Shown piece by piece: positions 45,201 through 52,452 of a stretch of DNA of 64,000 bases; positions within the stretch are counted from its first letter, which is position 1; the number at the start of each line of letters is the position of its first letter. The position numbers and the translations under genes are program-made. The notes beneath the pieces were generated by a model. That model saw only the letters and a program-made list of their open reading frames with translations, made no database searches and had not been told where the DNA came from. The stretch is from a virus (lineage: Duplodnaviria > Caudoviricetes), in the IMG/VR virus record IMGVR_UViG_3300033463_004542, positions 1 through 64,000 of that record. One strand, 5' to 3'.

Positions 45201-47280
45201 ATGCCGTAGTCATATTACCTTCTGCATGAGAACGATTACCTGATGCGACAGTGGAACCGCCTTCTGCGTGAGCCGAAGGTCCTGTTGCTTTTGTATTATC
45301 GCCTTCTGCGTGAGATTGAGAATTACTTGCAACAGTTTTATTACCTTCAGCATGGGCACTATCACCTGATGCTTGAGTAGACGTACCTTCTGCATGAGCT
45401 GCTTGGTTAGAGGCTACAGTAACAGTTCCCTCTGAATGGGAATAATGCCCCGTTGCTTGAGTAGATTCACCTTCTGCATGAGCTTGCCACCCTGAAGCAA
45501 GAGTATCACGACCTTCTGCATGGGCGCTGGTATTTGTAGTTGTAGTATCTTCACCTTCTGCATGAGATAGATTCCCAAGAGCTAAACCCGTACCCTCAGA
45601 ATGCGAATGACCGCCTATTGCTTTAGACTGGCCTTCTGCATGGCTTCGATTACCAAAAGCAAGGCTATCTCCACCTTCGGCATGGGCTTGATATCCTATA
45701 GCATAATTGCTATGATGAGTACTCCAAGCATAATCATTGAAAACTTCACCTAAGTTTCCAAAGTAAGGTGCACCTACTGTGTAATATATATAAGCACTAC
45801 TATCATTTATAGAACTATCGCCGTCTTTAACATATAAGACATCTACTGTTCTCTTATAGATATTAGTAGCAGTACGTCCGTCACCGAAAGAAATAGGACA
45901 TTCTACATAATCTTCGGTAGTTAAGCCTTTATATGATTTAAGGACTAAACTAGAATCAGTGATATCTATATACTCATAAGTAGCAGAAATTGTCGTTCCT
46001 ACAGAAGGTGCAACTGAGAATACTACATTATTTCCTGACCACTGACCAGAATAATAAGAAGGAGATGTGCTTATTACACCTGGGGTGTAGACATCATGGG
46101 CAACTGTAAATGTTGTAGTTGTTCCATCTCCAGTAAAAGTTTCAGTAACAGTAACTTTAAATGATTTATCAGGCTTACTTATAAGAACATAGGCTGTATT
46201 AGTATTAGTAGAATCTTGTTTTACAAAGAATGAGGCAGATTCAGTTCCAGTTACAGTTATCTTTCCTAATGAAAATCCCTTACTCCGACCAGTTGTTCCT
46301 CCATTATTAGTATATACATGATTTCCATCTACAACTGTTTGTGTATCTCTCCAAGCATCCTTTCTTTCTGAAGATATGTAATCAGAACTAAGTCCTGCTT
46401 GTAGATAAGTAGGACTTTTCCTACCTACTTCTGCATTGATACTGCGTGCACGGTCGTTAATACCTTGATAATTTATTTCTAGTGGGGTTCCTTCTGGTAC
46501 ATAATCACGACAAATTACTGTAACTACCTTTGTATCAGAATCATATCGGAAGTCAAAATAAGAACCTCTAGGTGGATTACAAGCTATTCGTATAGAATCT
46601 GAAGTCGTAGGATAGGATAATTGACATTCAGTATAAGATATTCCGGTGCTTTCGTCATACGCCGCAGTAGTAAAATTCTCAGTTACCGCTGAACTGAAGT
46701 ATACACCTACACCCGGGAAGTACTCAATCCCATTATCTGTAGATAGTACACCCGTTTCGCTATTAATATGTAAGCCTTCGCCAACTTTAATACCACCCAA
46801 TGTATCAGCAGAAGCAATAGGTAAGGTATAATCTCCGGCAATAGAGTAGATGGTACCATCAATACTAACAGTAACTAATGGTGGATATGAGGGAGTACCT
46901 CCGCCACTACTTTGTTCAGGAATTAATTCTGAGCCGGATTCAATAAGAATTATATGACCATCTTCTGTTATTAAAGCACCAGAAGGGTCAGGCGGATTAG
47001 GAATAACTGTTGAGCCGCCAGATAAAGCATAGATTGTATTATCAATCTTAACTTTATTTAATGTTTGAGTAGGTGTTTCAGGCGGATTAGGATATACAAT
47101 TATCTCGTTGATGGCAGGGACAATATATTTTGCTTTTGTGTCTAATTGCACAAAATGAGTAGCAAGTCCGCCATAACGCAATATAGTATCGACGTAATTC
47201 TTATCGCCGATAGTATTCAAATCAGGTTTAGTTAACTTTTGGGCATTATCAAGAGCAGGTAACTTACGTCTATCTTTCAC
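42256..47280 (-). CDS. Long tail fibre/adhesin with YadA-head-like HAEG repeats
   Basis: About 40 repeats of mostly 14 aa containing [AS]H[ASVT]EG; two neck-like IVGNG/IIGNG..RSN....DW.GN motifs; five C-terminal GTK.A.I..DG repeats. Confidence 0.85.
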   Translation of the reverse strand: MKDRRKLPALDNAQKLTKPDLNTIGDKNYVDTILRYGGLATHFVQLDTKAKYIVPAINEIIVYPNPPETPTQTLNKVKIDNTIYALSGGSTVIPNPPDPSGALITEDGHIILIESGSELIPEQSSGGGTPSYPPLVTVSIDGTIYSIAGDYTLPIASADTLGGIKVGEGLHINSETGVLSTDNGIEYFPGVGVYFSSAVTENFTTAAYDESTGISYTECQLSYPTTSDSIRIACNPPRGSYFDFRYDSDTKVVTVICRDYVPEGTPLEINYQGINDRARSINAEVGRKSPTYLQAGLSSDYISSERKDAWRDTQTVVDGNHVYTNNGGTTGRSKGFSLGKITVTGTESASFFVKQDSTNTNTAYVLISKPDKSFKVTVTETFTGDGTTTTFTVAHDVYTPGVISTSPSYYSGQWSGNNVVFSVAPSVGTTISATYEYIDITDSSLVLKSYKGLTTEDYVECPISFGDGRTATNIYKRTVDVLYVKDGDSSINDSSAYIYYTVGAPYFGNLGEVFNDYAWSTHHSNYAIGYQAHAEGGDSLAFGNRSHAEGQSKAIGGHSHSEGTGLALGNLSHAEGEDTTTTNTSAHAEGRDTLASGWQAHAEGESTQATGHYSHSEGTVTVASNQAAHAEGTSTQASGDSAHAEGNKTVASNSQSHAEGDNTKATGPSAHAEGGSTVASGNRSHAEGNMTTASGDYSHAEGNYTQATNYYAHAEGQSSIASGSDGAHAEGNSTKAIGVASHSEGLYSQAQGTYAHAEGNSTTASGDNSHAEGEHTTASGFDAHAEGQACVASNSYSHAEGQHTTASGQVSHAEGYYTTASGTDAHAEGISTISSGYGSHAEGENTQALQEASHAEGEYTIAASRDQHVFGKYNIADIPPSGGTGHGTYVEIVGNGTSDNARSNVRTLDWNGNEYVAGRITVGLAPLAGMDVATKKYVDDHGGGGGGGLPSIKAGTGIAAELFNQMDEYNESTASGDYSHAEGISTTSSGPGAHAEGHSSIASGLASHAEGTTSFGGPVTASGVGSHAEGSGTIAQGDASHIEGTRGLAYGEATHVEGSGNLGFGRESHAEGSGNVTGGDHGHTEGAGNYNVGYSSHVEGAGNSTLPNSNITHTEGAGNANYGVQAHVEGAGNNLSGEESHVEGAGNKIHGAKTHAEGGGNNIYALGSHVEGKHNDVTGFAVHAEGSHNFLGVSENISPFVFGTTYAVGDIVGPNALYNPDYQNETTRPFIYRCITAPGQIQASNAVQIISPSTWSASTTYVTGDVVKFVVSNAYGQQITRYYYATNDVPTGQSPLENNKWSRITSLLTPFKTTTSNGYYLLNPESESKSGSGNVAKVTGTVAAMWEPIDSIEGTHVEGYYNIAIGNYQHVGGKYNVADANKAVIIGNGEDDGGVVTRSNALTLDWSGNLVIAGDLTTGTTLSTSSQSIAAAINELYSELGSEVSVTQVQSTGTKIAEITIDGTTTDIYSPNGGGGGSTVVVEPVVQSGVNIADITVDGTTSHLYTPNAVGSVTVTQTQQSGTKVAEIDVDGTSTDLYAPTPTSVSIDDTLSTGTKVATITIDGTDTEILVPSAGSSVQVTQIQDTGTHIADIEVDGVTTELYAPNGGGGAVIDDNDIALDKTWSSSKINSELTSLADRIEAIERYLFGIPLITENGDQRITEDGSDRILEQEE

Positions 47281-47293
47281 TTGTTACCTCCTC

Positions 47294-48400
47294 TCATGTA
47301 TCCATTGGTTCTCCTGCTTGTGTCATTATTCCATCTACTTTAGGAACAGGAGCGTTATAATGTTGTTCTTTACCCTTGTCAAGAGTATCAACAGGAAGAT
47401 ACCCGATTTCGTTGACAATATCTTGTCCAATAGGCTCCCCTTCAGGATGTTCATCTGTAGGAGGTGTCCTATAACTCGCTAAGTCAACTGTTCTATTATA
47501 TCTAAGGTTATACTTTGGGTCATTTACATCAACTTCGGTCATTTCATCGACAGTAGGACTTACTCCTAAACTGAATATTGGTTCGCTAAATAACGACTTA
47601 ACAATATGTTCATTATTAGCCATCTGAAGTGAATTCAAGGCCCTGTAACCTGCATTAATTGTAGGCTGAGATTCTGCTTCAGAATTTCTTGCATATACAG
47701 GTTGTCTCTTATCATGAGTATTTATTATTTCAGGAGCAGACTCATGTTTCATTCTCTGCATCCTTGCATAATCATTCCTTGTATAATGGCCAACTTTTGT
47801 AGGGCCGATGATTCCAGTAGCGTCTCCGGCTTTTGCAAGTCTTGCGTCTACTGAAATTCTTGTTAAAGAATCAATCCTAACACCTGCATACTGAAAACAA
47901 TACATTCCAAGCGGCCTAACATATTCAATACAAGTATCTATCGGCTTCTCATCTGTAAAATATATTACATTAATATAGCCCATATCTGTATTAGATTCAA
48001 CATACACTGAGTTATTAGGAATTGAGGTATCTTCTAATCTATCAAAAAGGATATCATTCTCTTCTCCATAGGCATTTATATCTTTTTGTTTGAGATTAAC
48101 CTCTGCGGCTAATGTAACTCCAAGGTTACTTCCTTTATACTTTATCATAGACATAAAGTATAACATAACAAAGCGATTAAATGCTTTGCATAATCCTGCT
48201 CTATCATCATATTTGTATCCCATTGTATCGCCAAGCATCCAAAGTAGATGACTAGGACAACGAAGAGGGTCATATAAATCTGCAGTATTTTCTATATCAA
48301 ACTGTAATCTAGTCAAAGCATATTCAAACCACTTTATGAAAAAGCGGAAATCTGCAGAAGATTTGTATATAGAAGGAACTGAGATATCGCTTATTTTCAT
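47294..48400 (-). CDS. Baseplate protein (P2 gpI-like N-terminal domain)
   Basis: YDPLRCPSHLLWMLGDTMG...IKYKGS..G. Confidence 0.65.
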   Translation of the reverse strand: MKISDISVPSIYKSSADFRFFIKWFEYALTRLQFDIENTADLYDPLRCPSHLLWMLGDTMGYKYDDRAGLCKAFNRFVMLYFMSMIKYKGSNLGVTLAAEVNLKQKDINAYGEENDILFDRLEDTSIPNNSVYVESNTDMGYINVIYFTDEKPIDTCIEYVRPLGMYCFQYAGVRIDSLTRISVDARLAKAGDATGIIGPTKVGHYTRNDYARMQRMKHESAPEIINTHDKRQPVYARNSEAESQPTINAGYRALNSLQMANNEHIVKSLFSEPIFSLGVSPTVDEMTEVDVNDPKYNLRYNRTVDLASYRTPPTDEHPEGEPIGQDIVNEIGYLPVDTLDKGKEQHYNAPVPKVDGIMTQAGEPMDT

Positions 48401-48410
48401 ATTATATTAA

Positions 48411-48773
48411 TCAGAAGCCTAACTTAGCATTCATTTCTTTCTTAAATTGACGATATTCAGGAACTTCGCTTGACATGCTGATTCCTAAAGAATCAATCTG
48501 GCCATAATCAAATATTTGACCGGGGTCTTCCATTATATCATCATATGACATATTTGTAGAATTAAGCTCAGCAACCATGTCAGATAAGCTATTATAAGAT
48601 ACAAAATCATCTTCAAATGATGTATATCTTACGTAATCGCCTTTAATTCGACACTTTGCTCCGTATTCTTTGCATTCTTTAATTGCAGATTTAATATCAT
48701 CGATAGATATCCGACTATTGTCTGAACTTGCTCTTACATAACTTTGAGGATAAACTCTGTTTGTTCTTTTCAT
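48411..48773 (-). CDS. Hypothetical protein with MKRTNRVYPQSYVRAS leader
   Basis: 120 aa with RBS. Confidence 0.6.
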   Translation of the reverse strand: MKRTNRVYPQSYVRASSDNSRISIDDIKSAIKECKEYGAKCRIKGDYVRYTSFEDDFVSYNSLSDMVAELNSTNMSYDDIMEDPGQIFDYGQIDSLGISMSSEVPEYRQFKKEMNAKLGF

Positions 48774-48852
48774 GTTTGTGTCTCCTTTATCTTATTTTTT
48801 TTCAAAAATTCTATTGCTTTCTCTAGACTGATATATCACTGATTTTCATAGA

Positions 48853-49167
48853 TTAGTGATTCATATAGATATAATATGTATGAACTTCAGGGCCCCAATC
48901 GGAACCTGTATCTTCTGTTGCATAACTTTCGTTCTTAACAACGCTGAAGTTATCTTTTACAAGCCAATCGGCTCTGATATGGTCATGTTTCCAATCGCCT
49001 TCAATTAAGAATGATATGACAGCAATTTCAGGAATAGGTTCATAACGCTTATAGTTATATAACTCTACATGACTTATTCTATTCTCATTTAATAATGCTT
49101 CAACATCATCTGCTAATTGAATGATGTCATCCATGCTACCAGAACTTGATTTTATATACTTTTTCAT
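48853..49167 (-). CDS. Hypothetical protein with MKKYIKSS leader
   Basis: Internal ATG at 49167 with upstream GGGTG. Confidence 0.6.
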   Translation of the reverse strand: MKKYIKSSSGSMDDIIQLADDVEALLNENRISHVELYNYKRYEPIPEIAVISFLIEGDWKHDHIRADWLVKDNFSVVKNESYATEDTGSDWGPEVHTYYIYMNH

Positions 49168-49177
49168 AATATCACCC

Positions 49178-49399
49178 TTAAGCAAATGCTACATTTATAA
49201 TTATGCAACTACCAGATGCATAAGCCTCATATACTGCAAAATCTTTAATTGTAAGGTCATCACTCAGAAAGTAATCAGCATCAATTTCATTGCCTGCATA
49301 AAGTTCCCCAACATTTCCCCTAAATAATACGGTTCCATCAAGGGATTTAATGATAATATTATCACTAAGTTGAGATAAGAAATCCACTAAATTCATCAT
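49178..49399 (-). CDS. Hypothetical small protein (paralog family)
   Basis: Resembles 10945-11136. Confidence 0.55.
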   Translation of the reverse strand: MMNLVDFLSQLSDNIIIKSLDGTVLFRGNVGELYAGNEIDADYFLSDDLTIKDFAVYEAYASGSCIIINVAFA

Positions 49400-49414
49400 G
49401 TTATATTTCTCCTT

Positions 49415-51313
49415 TTATTTTGTTAAACATTCTGGTGCAATTCTTATTGCTTGACCTGCATTATCAGGCTCATTGTATCTTGCAAATGAGATGTAATTAA
49501 AGCATTCTACATCACAATTACTCCACTTGATTACAGGATTACTAGGGCTACCTGCGTCAAAGTATATTATTCTTTCGTCGCAATTCTGTATTACCTTGAC
49601 AATTTCCATTATTGTAGGCTTGAGATTGAATCCTCTATTAGCCGGAGCAAAGTAAATTGCTAATGCTTCTTTAGCCTTGTTGATAATTGTCTTGCCAACA
49701 TCTTCTGTTACAGGCCTATTTGTGAATATCTGACCCACTACATAGAAGTCAAATACTCTACAAGAACTAAATTGCATATCTACAGACATCGCTTGTAGCG
49801 GCCTGAAATCTGCAATTATATTATCGATAAACATTTGCGGTGGCTTATATCTAGTAAATGAAGAATCATTGCTAGTTTGTGCCAAATCAACTTGACCTTG
49901 TCCCCAAATATCATCCTTGAAGTCATTGTGAATTGCAAAGCAAACTGCTGTGTTTGTTTTAAAATTGACTTCAAAAGGCATACTATTCCTTTTATAGAGT
50001 TGAATCAATTCATCACTAAGGATGTTTCTCCAATCTAAGGACTGTAAGTTTCCTTTTGGGAATTCTCTAGTAGTTATATACATCTTTGACTTCTGGCTAC
50101 TAGTTAAGTTCTTGTCTTTGTATATTGCTAAGTTGATTTCAAGCGCCTTTTGACAGTCAATAACTACTCCGCAATCTACTCCGGCTTCCCTCTTAAGGAA
50201 ACGAGTATAATCAGGAAGAGTTACAAGACTGTCCCAGGTATTGATTGAATTCCTGCTATTGTGATATGCTTCTTTTGCAGTTTCAGGAGATTTACCAGTT
50301 ACTGCATAAGTATGGGGTAACTCTACTGTATTGGAAAGATTAGAAATCAAAATCTCACTAGGTTCATAAGCAGGATTATTTGTCTTGGCAAAGATAAGAT
50401 TTTCTAATACATCAGTACCTACACAACCGATTACACCTGAACAGTCTATCCAATAGATAGTTAACACATATCCCTTATAATTAGATAACTGATTAAGGTA
50501 ATTAGAAATAGTTATATGTGCATTTGAGTAATTGTCATAAGTTACGCAATATCTGGGCTCTGCTGTATTGAACTCTGCAACATTAGCAACCTGAATCCAT
50601 TGAGTCTTATCAAAAGACGAGGCAGATAACGAAGTTTTACCTTTAATCCAAACTGCTGTTGTATCAACATGCTGAGAAGGCAATGTTATGATATAATTAC
50701 TTTTAATTACTTCATCAACTGAAATAGAATAACTTCTAAGTTCGCCTTCAATTGCTACTCTAGTTACTGATTTACCTGACTCTAAAGTTACTTTATCAGA
50801 TTCTGCAAATACATCAATATAGTCAGTCAGAACACTTCGTCTGCTTCTACTCTCTGTATCTCCGTAACTACTTGTCATCGGAAGAATGTTGTAGTTGATA
50901 ACTCTAGCAGTATTTGTAATATCTGTATAAGCATTAAGTGTGCAGAAGTTTGCTCCATTGAATCCAAAATCAAGATTCATTGTATCTGAAGTATTATTTG
51001 TGAATGTAACTTCTGTTCTTGCTGCTGTATAGAAACCTAAATCATATCCGATAAGGCCAAAAATCTTTTCTGCATCTTTTCTCTGTAAAACAGACGGTGC
51101 GAAGAGCTCGTTGGCTAGATAATCTTGGTTGACAGACAAACAATCTGCAGCAGAAGCAAGTAATTTGCCTAATACAACACCCGGGTCTGCGTCAGCTTCC
51201 GGCTTCCACACATCAGTGAGTTTCGGAACTAATGCCCAAAACTCTTCCATCAGACTTTGATAATCTCTACTTGCGTAATTAATCAGACCATGGTTTGCTT
51301 CTGATTCTGCCAT
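49415..51313 (-). CDS. Baseplate wedge protein (gp6/J-like)
   Basis: YASRDYQSL...DPGVVL, IGY, G..PET, LVTL.DY motifs. Confidence 0.8.
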   Translation of the reverse strand: MAESEANHGLINYASRDYQSLMEEFWALVPKLTDVWKPEADADPGVVLGKLLASAADCLSVNQDYLANELFAPSVLQRKDAEKIFGLIGYDLGFYTAARTEVTFTNNTSDTMNLDFGFNGANFCTLNAYTDITNTARVINYNILPMTSSYGDTESRSRRSVLTDYIDVFAESDKVTLESGKSVTRVAIEGELRSYSISVDEVIKSNYIITLPSQHVDTTAVWIKGKTSLSASSFDKTQWIQVANVAEFNTAEPRYCVTYDNYSNAHITISNYLNQLSNYKGYVLTIYWIDCSGVIGCVGTDVLENLIFAKTNNPAYEPSEILISNLSNTVELPHTYAVTGKSPETAKEAYHNSRNSINTWDSLVTLPDYTRFLKREAGVDCGVVIDCQKALEINLAIYKDKNLTSSQKSKMYITTREFPKGNLQSLDWRNILSDELIQLYKRNSMPFEVNFKTNTAVCFAIHNDFKDDIWGQGQVDLAQTSNDSSFTRYKPPQMFIDNIIADFRPLQAMSVDMQFSSCRVFDFYVVGQIFTNRPVTEDVGKTIINKAKEALAIYFAPANRGFNLKPTIMEIVKVIQNCDERIIYFDAGSPSNPVIKWSNCDVECFNYISFARYNEPDNAGQAIRIAPECLTK

Positions 51314-51328
51314 CTATATTTCTCCTAA

Positions 51329-51571
51329 TTAGAATTCGTCATCGAAATCTTCTTCACTCTCATCATAGAAATTATTGGAGGTTTCTACATTAAGAGTTAT
51401 TTCCCAAGCCTTCTCGGGTGGGTCAATAGACATAACTTCTAAATCGCCAACATCCTCATAAAAGACATCACTTGCAGAACCTTTGTAGATTTCAGTCTCT
51501 GTAGTAAGGTCATAAAGTATCAAAGTGAAGCCATCATCAGTAAAAGTTTCAATAATATCTGATACCGTCAT
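51329..51571 (-). CDS. Hypothetical small protein (paralog family)
   Basis: MTVSDII...IYKG...DLEVMSID; motif B at 51603. Confidence 0.55.
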   Translation of the reverse strand: MTVSDIIETFTDDGFTLILYDLTTETEIYKGSASDVFYEDVGDLEVMSIDPPEKAWEITLNVETSNNFYDESEEDFDDEF

Positions 51572-51610
51572 AATAAGAATCTCCTTTATGATTGTATAAT
51601 TGATACAAGG

Positions 51611-52075
51611 TTATTTATCTGAAATTATCCACCCTTGAGCAGATATTGTCAGTTTATTTTGAGTAGCAGGAGTAGAATTCAAATCTAAGGTAACTTGCTT
51701 TCCAAATGTTGTCTGCATTGCTACTGTCATATTGATTTCATTTGCATTTGTAGCAGAATCTGCTGCATTTGTATCTCCTGTAAATAAAAGACCATCTGTA
51801 AACTGTGTCTGGTCAGCATAGACATCAGGCTCGTGTAATCTTAATTGATTTACGATTCTGTCCTTAATCAATGCTCTTTCATTTTCAGTATTATATTTCC
51901 ATAAATGGCGCTTCAATCCAACACCAAAATCAGGATTATTATACAATTCTGCAGGCTCAGTTAAAATCAAGAGCCTAGAACGAGTTGTCACTGACTTTAA
52001 ATCCTCGTCTACGGCAACCTGATTGCTTATGAGGTTGAACATATTAGGAAATGATAACGAGGTTGTTTCTGCCAT
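51611..52075 (-). CDS. Baseplate wedge protein, gp25-like
   Basis: LILTEPAELYNNPDFGVGL...HEP. Confidence 0.8.
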   Translation of the reverse strand: MAETTSLSFPNMFNLISNQVAVDEDLKSVTTRSRLLILTEPAELYNNPDFGVGLKRHLWKYNTENERALIKDRIVNQLRLHEPDVYADQTQFTDGLLFTGDTNAADSATNANEINMTVAMQTTFGKQVTLDLNSTPATQNKLTISAQGWIISDK

Positions 52076-52119
52076 ATATTAATCTCCTGAATTTATTTAA
52101 TGATAAAAGGTTGTAATTC

Positions 52120-52410
52120 TCATATATCAGAATTGTTTGTATATGAACCGCCTGTAAGGCCAAGTATTAAGAAAGAAGATGAAGTACTATCTAAACTAGA
52201 TATTGCAACTACATCTCCTGCCTTCGGCAGGTACGGAAGTACTAAAGAAGGATACCAAGGAAGGTCTTCGTCTCTAGTATAATTTCTAACGGTCTTGCCC
52301 TTTGCATCTGATATGCGATAAGGCCCATGAATATTCGGAATTCTAGTTTGAACCATCAAACTACCGTCTCCTGAATATTTTGTCGCTTTAACATAACCAA
52401 AAATTATCAT
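52120..52410 (-). CDS. Baseplate spike-associated OB-fold protein (gp5 N-terminus-like)
   Basis: VQTRIPNIHG...LPW....P..GDVV....LILG. Confidence 0.65.
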   Translation of the reverse strand: MIIFGYVKATKYSGDGSLMVQTRIPNIHGPYRISDAKGKTVRNYTRDEDLPWYPSLVLPYLPKAGDVVAISSLDSTSSSFLILGLTGGSYTNNSDI

Positions 52411-52452
52411 AATCTAGTATCCTATCCTATTTATATGATGTATGAAAGGTTA

